In this document: positions 11,149 through 21,062 of the stretch, one piece after another | Position numbering within the stretch: the stretch's first letter is position 1 | Layout: each line of letters begins with the position of its first letter | Source: Gemmatimonadaceae bacterium | GTDB lineage: Bacteria; Gemmatimonadota; Gemmatimonadetes; Gemmatimonadales; Gemmatimonadaceae | DNA length: 64,000 nt | Reading direction: 5' to 3' | Assembly: GCA_040902005.1 (NCBI GenBank) | Contig: JBBDYA010000121.1 | Span: 1 to 64,000 of the forward strand | Notes under the pieces: model-generated | Databases searched by the model: none | Told to the model about the DNA's origin: nothing | The model's input: only the letters and a program-made list of their open reading frames with translations | Position numbers and translations under genes: made by a program

Positions 11149-13518
11149 CTGGAGCGCCTCCCGGTTCTACCCCTGCGCGACGTCGTGTTCTTCCCGCACG
11201 TCGTGATGCCGCTGGTCGTGGGACGCCCCGCGTCGCTCGGCGCGGTTTCCGCCGCGGCAGCGGGCGACGGCCGGATTCTCCTGGTGTCACAGCGGGACGC
11301 CGACGTCCAGGAACCGAATGCGGCGCAGCTGCACCGCGTGGGCGTGGTGGCGCGCATCACGCAGTTCGCGCCGCTTGGCAACGGGTCCAGCCGCGTGCTG
11401 CTCGAAGGGTTGTACCGCGCCCGCGTCACCCGATTCATCTCGCAGAGCGCGCACCTGAGCGCCGTCGTGTCGCCAGCGGAAGGCCCTCCGCCGCAGGACG
11501 AGCCCGCGGAGCTCCAGGCGCTGGCGCGCAGCGTCATCGCCTCGTTCGACGAATACGTGGGTCTCCAACGGCGCATTCCGCCGGAAATCGTCTCGCTCAT
11601 CCAGGCGGCGGACGGACTGTCGCGACAGGCCTACGGCATGGCCGCCCATCTGGCGGTGCGCCAGGAAACCCGGCAGCAGTTGCTGGAAGCCGAGCCGCCG
11701 ACCGATCTGCTGCGGATGCTGGGCGAGGTGTTGTCCGCGGAAAACGACCTGCTGCGGCTGGAGCGGAAGATCGATGAAGACGTGCGTGGCTCGCTCTTTC
11801 AGAACCAGCGGGAGTTCTATCTCCAGGAGCAGCTGAAGGCGATCCACCGCGAGTTGGGACACGACGACGATGACCTCACGGACCTCGAGGCGCAGGTGGA
11901 GACGCGCGGACTTCCCGAGCCGGTGAAGGCGCGACTGTCGCGCGAGATCCGCAAGCTGCGCAAGACCTCACCCCTGCACCCCGAGCACACCGTGTCCCGC
12001 AACTTCGTGGACTGGGTGCTGGCGCTGCCGTGGACCGAACGAACCGACGACGTGCTGGACGTGAGCCACGCCCGGCGCGTGCTGGACGAGGACCACTACG
12101 GGCTGGACGAGGTCAAGGACCGCCTGCTGGACCATGTCGGCGCGCTGGCGCTGGCGGGACGGCTGGAGGGACCCATCCTCTGCCTGGTGGGCCCGCCGGG
12201 CGTGGGCAAAACGTCGCTGGGACGCTCGATCGCCCGGGCCATGGGACGGAAGTTCGTGCGGATGTCGCTGGGCGGCGTTCGCGACGAGGCGGAGATCCGG
12301 GGCCACCGCCGGACGTACATCGGATCAATGCCAGGACGCGTGCTCCAGGCCATGCGGCGCGCCGAGGTGGTCAATCCCGTGATGCTCCTGGACGAGATCG
12401 ACAAGATGGGGAACGATCACCGGGGCGATCCGGCCAGCGCGCTCCTGGAGGTCCTCGACCCCGAACAGAACAAGGCCTTCACGGACCACTACCTCGAGGT
12501 GGACTACGACCTTTCGCAGGTGCTGTTCGTGACGACCGCGAACTACCTGCCGCAGATCCCGGAGCCCCTGCGTGACCGGCTGGAGATCATTCGCCTCACG
12601 GGCTACCTGGATCAGGAGAAGATTGCCATCGCCCGGCAGTACCTCGTCCCGCGTCAGCTGCGCGCGCACGGGCTGCAGCCGGCTGACATTCGCTGGGATG
12701 ACGACGTGCTGCCCGCCATCATCCACGGATACACGCGTGAGGCGGGTGTGCGCGACCTGGAACGCCGGATCGCCCGCGTTGCCCGGAAGCTGGCGCGCCG
12801 CCGCGTGGAGCTCGCGGGTGCAACGGATGCCGCCGCGACCGACGCGGTCACGAGCGCCGACCTGAAGGACCTGCTGGGCACGGCGCCCCACGACCCGTCG
12901 GATCTCGTGCTGGAGGATCGCGTGGGCGTCGCCAATGGGCTCGCCTACACGAGCGTGGGCGGCGAAGTGCTGGAGATCGAGGTCAGCACGGTGCCCGGAC
13001 GCGGACGGCTGCAGCTCACCGGTACGCTCGGTGACGTCATGAAGGAATCAGCAAACGCAGCGCTCAGCTACGCGCGCGCGCGCGCTGAGCCGCTGCGCCT
13101 GGAGCGGGATTTTCACAAGACGCGCGACCTGCACATCCACATCCCCGCCGGCGCAACGCCGAAGGACGGACCATCGGCCGGCATCGCGATCGCCGCCGCG
13201 ATCGTGAGCGCCCTCACCGGCGTGCCGCTGCGCGGCGACGTGGCGATGACCGGTGAGATCACGCTGCGCGGCCGCGTGTTGCCGATCGGCGGGCTGAAGG
13301 AGAAGGCCGTCGCGGCATTCCGGACCGGCGTACGGCACGTGGTGATCCCGTGGCAGAACGCCAGGGATCTCTCGGACATACCGGTGGAGGTGCGCGACGG
13401 GCTGCAGTTCCATCCGGTGCGCACCATGGACGAAGTGCTCACCGTGGCACTGGCCGTACCGCGCGTGGCGGAGCGCTACGCGGGTGACGCACCCACCGCG
13501 GCCGCGCTGGCACAGTAG
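11149..13518 (+). CDS. lon: Lon protease; probable CTG start at 11149 (ORF track starts at GTG 11185)
   Basis: LPVLPLRD N-motif upstream of the GTG, GPPGVGKT, PKDGPSAG catalytic Ser. Confidence 0.96.
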   Translation: MERLPVLPLRDVVFFPHVVMPLVVGRPASLGAVSAAAAGDGRILLVSQRDADVQEPNAAQLHRVGVVARITQFAPLGNGSSRVLLEGLYRARVTRFISQSAHLSAVVSPAEGPPPQDEPAELQALARSVIASFDEYVGLQRRIPPEIVSLIQAADGLSRQAYGMAAHLAVRQETRQQLLEAEPPTDLLRMLGEVLSAENDLLRLERKIDEDVRGSLFQNQREFYLQEQLKAIHRELGHDDDDLTDLEAQVETRGLPEPVKARLSREIRKLRKTSPLHPEHTVSRNFVDWVLALPWTERTDDVLDVSHARRVLDEDHYGLDEVKDRLLDHVGALALAGRLEGPILCLVGPPGVGKTSLGRSIARAMGRKFVRMSLGGVRDEAEIRGHRRTYIGSMPGRVLQAMRRAEVVNPVMLLDEIDKMGNDHRGDPASALLEVLDPEQNKAFTDHYLEVDYDLSQVLFVTTANYLPQIPEPLRDRLEIIRLTGYLDQEKIAIARQYLVPRQLRAHGLQPADIRWDDDVLPAIIHGYTREAGVRDLERRIARVARKLARRRVELAGATDAAATDAVTSADLKDLLGTAPHDPSDLVLEDRVGVANGLAYTSVGGEVLEIEVSTVPGRGRLQLTGTLGDVMKESANAALSYARARAEPLRLERDFHKTRDLHIHIPAGATPKDGPSAGIAIAAAIVSALTGVPLRGDVAMTGEITLRGRVLPIGGLKEKAVAAFRTGVRHVVIPWQNARDLSDIPVEVRDGLQFHPVRTMDEVLTVALAVPRVAERYAGDAPTAAALAQ

Positions 13519-13523
13519 CCAGG

Positions 13524-14153
13524 GTGTCAGGCGAAGCCGGAGGGAGCGGTCCGGATCCGCTGGTCATCCGGAGCCTGGAGTTCCTGGGGGGTATGGCGGC
13601 GGCCGGGGGATGGCGCCCGGACCCAACGCTGCCCGAGGTGGCGTTCGCCGGCCGGTCGAACGTGGGCAAGTCGTCCCTCATCAACAAGCTGGTGCACCGC
13701 AAGAAATTCGCGCGCGTGAGCAACACCCCCGGTCGCACGCGCGAGATCAACTTCTTTGCCGTGAACGGCACCTTCATCCTGGCGGACCTTCCCGGCTACG
13801 GGTACGCGAAGGTCTCGAAGGAAAAGAAGTCGGCGTGGCGGCCGCTGATCGAGGGGTATCTCCGCGGCAGCGCGTTGCGCGGCGTGGTGCTGCTGCTGGA
13901 CGCCAGACACACGCCGACCGAGGAGGATCTCCAGATGCTTGAATTCCTTTCGGAGCTCGGCACGCCGACGGTGATCATCGCGACGAAGATCGACAAACTC
14001 CCGAAGGCGCAGCGCGCGGCGCGCGTCGGTACGCTCGCGCTCGAGGCCGGCGTGGAGCTGGAACAGGTGATTCCCTTCAGCGCGGAGACGGGCGAAGGGC
14101 GGAACGAATTGGCGTCCGCCATCGTTGCACTCGTGTCCGAAGGACGTGGGTAA
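13524..14153 (+). CDS. engB: GTP-binding protein EngB/YihA/YsxC
   Basis: EVAFAGRSNVGKSS, DLPGYG, TKID; follows lon. Confidence 0.96.
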   Translation: MSGEAGGSGPDPLVIRSLEFLGGMAAAGGWRPDPTLPEVAFAGRSNVGKSSLINKLVHRKKFARVSNTPGRTREINFFAVNGTFILADLPGYGYAKVSKEKKSAWRPLIEGYLRGSALRGVVLLLDARHTPTEEDLQMLEFLSELGTPTVIIATKIDKLPKAQRAARVGTLALEAGVELEQVIPFSAETGEGRNELASAIVALVSEGRG

Positions 14154-14202
14154 CGCGGATTGCGCGGAGCGCGGATAGCGCGGATAGCGCGGATAGCGCG
14201 GA
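14154..14202. repeat. intergenic tandem repeat, unit GCGCGGATA (3 perfect plus degenerate copies)
   Basis: cgcggatt gcgcgga gcgcggata gcgcggata gcgcggata gcgcgga read directly. Confidence 0.85.
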
Positions 14203-14221
14203 GGAATGGTAGTTTCCGCCA

Positions 14222-15067
14222 ATGGCACTCCTTCCCCTCAGAACGATCCGTGAGCCCGAGCTCTCCGGCGTCGGACGCGACTGGCTGGAGCAACTCACCG
14301 CCGAACTCGCACGTCCCGACTGCGATCGCGCGCTCCTGTGTCGCCGCGCGCTGACGGCGCTCGCATTCCCAGCGTACGCCGGCAACTGGGAAACGGCGGT
14401 GCACGATCCCGCGCTGCCGCTCGCCGCGCGGCTAGCGCTGTCGGCCACCGATCCGCGCAACGTCACGCTCGAGCCCGAGTACTACAGTGAGTGCGACGAC
14501 GCGCTGTTCCAGCCGGTGAAGCCGCTGCTCTGGCTCTGGTACTCATTCGACCGCACGCTGGCCGGCGGACAGAACGTGTGGCTGGGCGTATTGCTTCGGC
14601 GGCTGCTGGCGGGGCACATCTTCCGGCGGTGCGGCGAGAACTTCAAGTGCTTTCAGCATACCGAGTTCTCGTTCGGCTACAACATGGACGTGGGGGACAA
14701 TGTGGTGGTGCATCGTCACGTGCTGCTCGACGACCGCGGCGGCATCGTCCTTGGCGATCGGGTATCGATCGCCGACTACGCGAACATCTACAGCCACACG
14801 CATTCGATCGTCGACCAGCGCGACGTCACCAACGCGGCGACCGTCATCGAGCGGGACGTGCGCATCACGTATCACGCAACGGTGCTCGCGGGCGTACACG
14901 TGGCGGAAAATGCTATGGTTGGGGCAATGGCGATGGCCACGAAGGACGTGCGCCCCTATCACGTGTACGTCGGCATACCCGCCAAGAGCGTTCGGGTAAA
15001 GCCCAATGCGCCCGAGGGCCAGGAGAATGTGACGCGAACGGCGCGCGATCGCGGCAAGGCCGGATAA
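14222..15067 (+). CDS. hexapeptide-repeat (left-handed beta-helix) acyltransferase
   Basis: VGDNVVV, LGDRVSIA, VLAGVHVAENAMVGAMAMATKDV, VGIPAK. Confidence 0.88.
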   Translation: MALLPLRTIREPELSGVGRDWLEQLTAELARPDCDRALLCRRALTALAFPAYAGNWETAVHDPALPLAARLALSATDPRNVTLEPEYYSECDDALFQPVKPLLWLWYSFDRTLAGGQNVWLGVLLRRLLAGHIFRRCGENFKCFQHTEFSFGYNMDVGDNVVVHRHVLLDDRGGIVLGDRVSIADYANIYSHTHSIVDQRDVTNAATVIERDVRITYHATVLAGVHVAENAMVGAMAMATKDVRPYHVYVGIPAKSVRVKPNAPEGQENVTRTARDRGKAG

Positions 15068-15093
15068 GGTCACCCAGCCGCCGCGGCACGGCG

Positions 15094-17292
15094 TCAGTTC
15101 GCCAGATCCACCCGCAACACGTCCTCCACCGGACCCGCATCGCCGCTGCCAAGCAGCGACAGTATCTCCTGCACCGCCGAACGCGACCGCGGCCACACAT
15201 AGCGCGCCTCAGCCTCCGGGGGCGACAGCCACTCGAAGGCCTCGTGTTCCGGGCCCAGGCGCGCATCGCCCGGCTCGTCCACGAAGGCCGCGAATACCAC
15301 TGCCGCGTTCACGATGCCGAGCGCGTGGATGTAGAACGGGTGCACCGAGATGTTGTAGAGCCGGGCCACCCGGAGGCCGGTCTCCTCGAGCACCTCGCGC
15401 ACCGCCGCGTGCTCGGGGCGCTCCGCACCCTCGATCCGGCCGTGCACGGCCTCCCACGATCCCGGGCACCGCGTTCCTGTGCCGCGCTTCAGGACCAGCA
15501 TGCGCCAGCCATCCGCGCGCGGACGAATGACGTACACGTCCACCGTGGCGACCTTGATGCTGACTGGCGCGGGATCGTTCATCACTGACACCGGATCGGG
15601 TTCCTGCACTAGGTAACCGGCCGGCGTGCCCGCGTCCACTCCGGCGGGCGCCGCAGCCACGCGCAGCAGTTCCGAGCGCGACGTGTGCCCTTCCCGCACG
15701 TGCGCGAGCCCCGACTCCCACAGGGAACCCATGCCGCCCTGACGCGCCGCGTCGGTGAGCTGCTCCACCGATGCGCCGCTCGCGACCCCCCGCTCGAATT
15801 CGGCGGTCGAGATGAGCACTTCGACAATGGGAAGCCGACCCCGATAGCCAAGCCCTCCGCATTCCGTGCATGTTTTCGGTGGTGGCTCCGCCACCATGAG
15901 TCGCTCGCGCTCCGCGATGCCAGGCCGGCAGGCGCACACGCGACGCACCAGGCGCTGGGCGATGACGCCCTTCACGGCGGTGGCAATCTTGTACGGTGCG
16001 ACCCCCACATCCGACAGGCGCGTGACGGCACTGGCCGCGTCGTTTGTGTGCAGCGTGGAAAAGACGAGGTGGCCGGTGAGCGACGCCTGGATCGCGATCT
16101 CCGCGGTCTCACGGTCCCGGATTTCGCCGATGAGCAGGACGTCAGGGTCCTGTCGCATGATGGAGCGGAGCGCTGCCGCGAATGTCAGGCCGGCTCGCTC
16201 GTTCACCTGCACCTGGATGATGCCCGGCAGGCGATACTCGATGGGATCCTCCACCGTGACGATGTTCACGCCGCCCTGCTGGAGCCGGCGCAGCGCCGCG
16301 TAGAGCGTGGTGGTTTTTCCCGACCCCGTCGGGCCGGTCACCAGGATCAGCCCCTCCCTGGCCTGGAGCAGCCGATCGATGCGCAACTGCTCGTCCGGAA
16401 GGAATCCCATCCCTTCCAGCGTCAACACCGCCGACCGCGCATCGAGCACGCGCACCGCGACCTTCTCTCCGTGCGACGCAGGCAGCGTCGAGACCCGGAG
16501 GTCCACGGCGACACCATTCACCGCGATGCGCGCGCGGCCGTCCTGCGGCCGCAGCCGGTCCGCGATGTCGAGGCTGCAGAGGATCTTGAAGCGTGACACG
16601 AGCGAAGCGCCGACGGACCGCGGCAGTGTGCGCACCGGGCGCAGCAGGCCATCAACGCGGTGGCGTACCACGATCCCCCGCTCTTCGGGTTCGATGTGGA
16701 TGTCGCTCACGCGCGCAGCGATCCCGTCCCCAAGCAGTTCGTCCACCAGGGGGGTCACGGGGGGGGTATCCTCCCCCCCCCCCTCGAACGGCTCGCCCCC
16801 CCCCCCTGGCGGCGCCGCCTCGACATCCACCGTGAGATGCTGCACGTGCGCGCGCGGCCCGGCGGGTTGCTCTTCGCGATACGCCGTGTCGAGCGCCGTC
16901 GCGATCGTGCGGGGGCTCGCAAGGGTGAAGCGCACGGGGCATCCCGTGGCGAACGCAATGGCCCGCTCGCAGTCCAGGTTCAGCGGATCCGCGGTGGCCA
17001 CCTGGAGCGCGCCATCAACCGAGCGGACCGGAAACACCCGGTAGCGCCGCGCCCAGCGCTCCGGCAGCAGCATCCTGGCGTGCGCCGAGCCGTGGCGCTG
17101 GTCGGCGTGGGGCACGCCGCACCGTTCCGCCGCCATGCGCAGCAACTGGTCGTCCGACATGAGGCCGTTCGCCACGACGGCGTCCCACAGGGGACGCCCG
17201 TCCGCCGCGAGCGACGCCACCGGCTCCTGTCCGAGCACGTCCGCGAGCATGGGCCGCAGCCATCGCTCGTTCGACCACGCCGAGTCCACCAT
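15094..17292 (-). CDS. GspE/PilB-family secretion ATPase with C-terminal NUDIX hydrolase domain
   Basis: SDIHIEP, PQDGR, GPTGSGKTTT, EDPIE, RQDPDVLLIGEIRD, TGHLVFSTLH, Cys motifs; C-terminal Nudix box GRIEGAERPEHAAVREVLEETGL. Confidence 0.9.
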   Translation of the reverse strand: MVDSAWSNERWLRPMLADVLGQEPVASLAADGRPLWDAVVANGLMSDDQLLRMAAERCGVPHADQRHGSAHARMLLPERWARRYRVFPVRSVDGALQVATADPLNLDCERAIAFATGCPVRFTLASPRTIATALDTAYREEQPAGPRAHVQHLTVDVEAAPPGGGGEPFEGGGEDTPPVTPLVDELLGDGIAARVSDIHIEPEERGIVVRHRVDGLLRPVRTLPRSVGASLVSRFKILCSLDIADRLRPQDGRARIAVNGVAVDLRVSTLPASHGEKVAVRVLDARSAVLTLEGMGFLPDEQLRIDRLLQAREGLILVTGPTGSGKTTTLYAALRRLQQGGVNIVTVEDPIEYRLPGIIQVQVNERAGLTFAAALRSIMRQDPDVLLIGEIRDRETAEIAIQASLTGHLVFSTLHTNDAASAVTRLSDVGVAPYKIATAVKGVIAQRLVRRVCACRPGIAERERLMVAEPPPKTCTECGGLGYRGRLPIVEVLISTAEFERGVASGASVEQLTDAARQGGMGSLWESGLAHVREGHTSRSELLRVAAAPAGVDAGTPAGYLVQEPDPVSVMNDPAPVSIKVATVDVYVIRPRADGWRMLVLKRGTGTRCPGSWEAVHGRIEGAERPEHAAVREVLEETGLRVARLYNISVHPFYIHALGIVNAAVVFAAFVDEPGDARLGPEHEAFEWLSPPEAEARYVWPRSRSAVQEILSLLGSGDAGPVEDVLRVDLAN

Positions 17293-17368
17293 ACGCCCGC
17301 ACGATGGACCCGACGCCGCGGCGCCGCATCGCCATTTCAGCGCAGGGGGGATCGTCCTGACGCGTCAG

Positions 17369-19531
17369 TCAGAGAATGCTCCACAGGAGCCGGCTGACGT
17401 CGAACGAGAACGCCCAGTTTCCGCCGCGCAGCCCACGCGACAGGTCGAAGCGCAGGAGGTCGAATCCCACAATCAGCGTGACCCCCGCGGACGGATAGAT
17501 CCCGGAGGTCACGGGGCGCAGCGGATCGACGGCGCCCGGCGCCAGGGGCACTGACCGCGCGATCCCGGTGGCGCTTCGCACGGCGTGCACGAAGGACGCT
17601 GTGACGTGCGGCGCCAGCGTGGCGCGCGCCGCCGACCGTCCGAACCGGCCGAGGTTGATCGCAGGAAACGGCACGGGGACCCGCACCTCGACGCGCTGCG
17701 AACCAGCTCGATCACCCACGAGCGAGTGAAAGTCATAACCGGGCGCGCTGGCCGGTCCGCCGAGAAAGACGAGGTCCTGGGCCAGCAGCGCTGTCCGTCC
17801 CCACACCGCGGCGACAATGGACCGCGTGAACACGGACCCGCTTCCCCCCCCCCCCAGGGGGCGTTCCAGCTCCAGCAGGGCGTCGCCGCGCCCCACGGTC
17901 GTCCGCCCACAGCCGCCTGCCTCGAGCGAACAGCCCGGTCCCCCGCCATCGGCCCACATCAGGCGCAGGCCGGCGGTGGCGCGTGCTTCGAGGTCCCACC
18001 AGGCAAGCCGTGTGGGTTGATCCATGCGGAGCGAGGTGCGCCAGCCGCGAACACCGGCCGCGGGCACGGGCGGCACGAACCTGCCGATCGCCGAGGACGC
18101 ATGCACCGCCAGGGCTTCGTGGGTTTCGCGGGCGGCCTCGAGCGACCACCGGGTGGACCCGAGGGCGACGCCCGTGGCGGCACCCGCCGATCGCACGCGA
18201 TACGGGTTGGTGTAGTCGCTGCCGAACTCCTGCGCGGCCAGACTGTTCACCAGCGTGGAGCGCTCCGCGATCTGGCCGACGTCCCGAAACTCATCGGCGG
18301 CAAACACGCGCAGCGTCGCCCGGCCGCGCTCGAACCGCGCCTCCGCGACGCCCTTCGCGGTCCGGTCAGCGAGCCCGTATCGCGCGCGGCCGGCGAGCGA
18401 CAGGCGGTGTCCGAGTCGGCGAGCGAGTCCGGCGCCCAGCGCCAGTCCCTCCACACGATTGAACCGCGCAAAGTCGCTGAGGCCACTCGCGGCCAGCGCG
18501 GATCCGCGGGCGCGCCGCAAGGCGTCATCGCGCACGAGGGCGCGGGTTTCCTCCTGCACGCGACGGATCTCGTCCGCGGTCACCGCTCGGATGTCCGGGG
18601 GGAGCGAATCGAGAATGCGCGCGTTTGGCCATGGGTGCGCCCCGAGGTCGCGCGCCGGCGCCTGCACGATCTCGGGACCATTGAAGAGCGATGGGGGCAG
18701 ATACTGATTGATCGCATAATTCGCGATTTCCCAGCGGCCGCGGATGATCCCGCGGATCGGATACTCCAGCCACGTCGCGGACCGCCGGATCTCGATCTCC
18801 TGGCGGCGCGGGAGCCAGAATCGCGTGCCCACGAGCCCATTCTCGAGCACCACGAAGAGATCCTCGAGCTGGCGGTCGAGAAAGGCGGCGCGTGTGAAAC
18901 TCAGCGCCATGCGCACCACCTGGCCATTGTCCCTGTCGAGATACAGGGCGCCGATCACGCGCGGTTCGCGGTCGTTCCGGGGCCGCACCTTGACCTCGTA
19001 GACGTTGATCACGCGTCCGGGGATCGTGATCCGCAGCGAGTCCGCGATCGCGAAGTCGTAGGCGGGCAGACCGAGAGCCGAGAGCGGATGCGGCACATCG
19101 CGCACCTCGTCGCCATCGCCCAGCCGGATGATCGCGGGAAAATTGTTCTGGACGATGCCGAGATGATCGCGGTGATACTGAATGTCCGTGGGCAGCAGGG
19201 TGGTATCCCGCCGGCCCACGATGCGCTGCTTGCTGAGATTCGGGGCACGCCAGTACACTTCGAGCGCGAGTTCATCCGCCTTCACGACCTGCGGCGGCTC
19301 CCGGAACCCCTCACCGAACTGCGCGAGGAACGTCAGGTAGCCGTGCGCGGTAGCGCGGTAGTCCACCAGACCACTGTCGGCGAGCTGTTGCGCGCGGCGA
19401 TCCGTTGCCTGCCGCACCAGCGTGAGCGCGCGGGAATCGTTCCATTGCTGCGCGTGCAGCGTGCCGGCCGCCGAAAACGCAAGACACACCATCCAGCCCG
19501 ACGCACGACGCATGATGCTGCCGCTCTCCAT
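17369..19531 (-). CDS. large exported, probably outer-membrane beta-barrel protein of unknown function
   Basis: Signal peptide ending TLHA-QQW, RFNRVEGLALG, amphipathic C-terminal strands. The ORF-track extension to 20920 is a shadow of trpE. Confidence 0.7.
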   Translation of the reverse strand: MESGSIMRRASGWMVCLAFSAAGTLHAQQWNDSRALTLVRQATDRRAQQLADSGLVDYRATAHGYLTFLAQFGEGFREPPQVVKADELALEVYWRAPNLSKQRIVGRRDTTLLPTDIQYHRDHLGIVQNNFPAIIRLGDGDEVRDVPHPLSALGLPAYDFAIADSLRITIPGRVINVYEVKVRPRNDREPRVIGALYLDRDNGQVVRMALSFTRAAFLDRQLEDLFVVLENGLVGTRFWLPRRQEIEIRRSATWLEYPIRGIIRGRWEIANYAINQYLPPSLFNGPEIVQAPARDLGAHPWPNARILDSLPPDIRAVTADEIRRVQEETRALVRDDALRRARGSALAASGLSDFARFNRVEGLALGAGLARRLGHRLSLAGRARYGLADRTAKGVAEARFERGRATLRVFAADEFRDVGQIAERSTLVNSLAAQEFGSDYTNPYRVRSAGAATGVALGSTRWSLEAARETHEALAVHASSAIGRFVPPVPAAGVRGWRTSLRMDQPTRLAWWDLEARATAGLRLMWADGGGPGCSLEAGGCGRTTVGRGDALLELERPLGGGGSGSVFTRSIVAAVWGRTALLAQDLVFLGGPASAPGYDFHSLVGDRAGSQRVEVRVPVPFPAINLGRFGRSAARATLAPHVTASFVHAVRSATGIARSVPLAPGAVDPLRPVTSGIYPSAGVTLIVGFDLLRFDLSRGLRGGNWAFSFDVSRLLWSIL

Positions 19532-19546
19532 GCCCACAAGGTATCC

Positions 19547-21013
19547 ATGCTGATCCCGGTCTGGCGTGAAGTCTCGTTCGACGCGCTCACGCCGGTGGCC
19601 GCGTTCGCCAACCTGCGGCGCGGCGGATTCTCGTTCCTGTTGGAGTCCGCTCCAGCCGGCGGCGAGGCGTGGTCGCGCTTCAGCTATTTCGGTACGGAGC
19701 CGCGCGGGGCGTGGCGGGTCAGGGACGGCGTCGTGGACGAGTGGACCCCGGAGCGCGGATGGCATGGGGAACGACGCCCTGCAGACCCGCTGGCCGACCT
19801 GGAGTCGCTGCTGGCGCGCGAGCCTGCGGCGGCTCACCCGGAACTGGCGGCGGCCTGCGGTGGATTCTGGGGAGGGGCCGTGGGGTTCTTCGGGTATGAC
19901 ATGGTCCGCCACATGGAGCGCCTGCCCCACGCGCCCAAGCGCGCGCTGGACATACCCGATGCACTGTTCGTGCTGACGCGCGTGCTGGTGGTCATCGACA
20001 GCCTTCGAGCGCGCGCGCTGCTGGTCGCATCCGTGCCCGTGCCCCATGGCGCGCCGGCGGCGGCGCGCGAGCAGCTGGAGGCCGACGCGCAGCGCGATCT
20101 GGACGAGGCGGAGGCGCGCCTGCGCGCCCCCGTGACCCTGACGCCACTCACCGTGGATCCGGGCGGTGCGCCCGCCACCGGCCAGTCGAGCGCTTCCCAG
20201 GAGGCATTCGAGCGGAGCGTGCTTCGCATCAAGGATTACATCGTGGCTGGGGACGCGTTTCAGGTGTTGCTCGCGCGCCGTATCGCGCTCGCGCACGACT
20301 TCGATACCACCGACCTGTATCGCGCGCTGCGGACGATCAATCCGTCCCCCTACATGTTCCACCTCCAGCTGGATGGGACAGAGCTCGTTGGCAGTTCGCC
20401 GGAGCTGCTGTTCCGACTGGTGGACAACCGGATCATCGTGCGGCCCATTGCCGGCACCCGCCGTCGGGCGGGGACGCCTGACGGCGACGCCGTGCTGGCG
20501 GCAGAGCTGCGCGCCGACGAGAAGGAGCGCGCCGAACACCTGATGCTCGTGGACCTGGGTCGCAACGACGTGGGACGGGTGGCGACCTTCGGGACCGTTG
20601 CCGTCACGGAGCTGATGGTCGTGGAGCGCTACTCGCACGTGCTGCACCTGGTGAGCGAGGTGCAAGGGGAACTCCGCCCGGGCGTGACGGCGATGGACGC
20701 GCTCCGAGCGACCTTTCCCGCGGGCACCATGACGGGAGCGCCCAAGCTGCGCGCCATGGAGATCATCGACGAGCTCGAATCCGAGCGCCGCGGCCCTTAT
20801 GCGGGCGCCGTTGGTTACATTGCGGCCGGCGCGGGTCGCGTAGACCTGGCCATCACCATCCGCACCTGCGTCGTGGCCCAGGGCATTGCCTCCGTACAGG
20901 CCGGCGCCGGGATCGTCCACGATTCGGAGCCCGCGCGCGAGTGGGCGGAGACCGAGATTAAAGCACGGGCGCTGCTCACAGCCATCACCAGCGCCCGAAC
21001 GGCACGTCGCTGA
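19547..21013 (+). CDS. trpE: anthranilate synthase component I (chorismate-binding family)
   Basis: FLLES, NPSPYM, GSSPE, PIAGTR, EHLMLVDLGRND, GAPK, QAGAGIV. Confidence 0.88.
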   Translation: MLIPVWREVSFDALTPVAAFANLRRGGFSFLLESAPAGGEAWSRFSYFGTEPRGAWRVRDGVVDEWTPERGWHGERRPADPLADLESLLAREPAAAHPELAAACGGFWGGAVGFFGYDMVRHMERLPHAPKRALDIPDALFVLTRVLVVIDSLRARALLVASVPVPHGAPAAAREQLEADAQRDLDEAEARLRAPVTLTPLTVDPGGAPATGQSSASQEAFERSVLRIKDYIVAGDAFQVLLARRIALAHDFDTTDLYRALRTINPSPYMFHLQLDGTELVGSSPELLFRLVDNRIIVRPIAGTRRRAGTPDGDAVLAAELRADEKERAEHLMLVDLGRNDVGRVATFGTVAVTELMVVERYSHVLHLVSEVQGELRPGVTAMDALRATFPAGTMTGAPKLRAMEIIDELESERRGPYAGAVGYIAAGAGRVDLAITIRTCVVAQGIASVQAGAGIVHDSEPAREWAETEIKARALLTAITSARTARR

Positions 21014-21062
21014 GTTCGAGAGCTAGGCAGAAGGCACGCGTGCTTTCATATTCCTCCCACCC

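Noticed and set aside
14154..14202. Tandem repeats as a possible CRISPR array
   Set aside because: 9-nt units with no spacers and no cas genes.
17585..20920. Very long overlapping ORFs (1183 aa minus, 1142 aa plus)
   Set aside because: Each is a real gene extended through the antisense of its divergent neighbour; stop-poor shadow frames are expected at this GC content.
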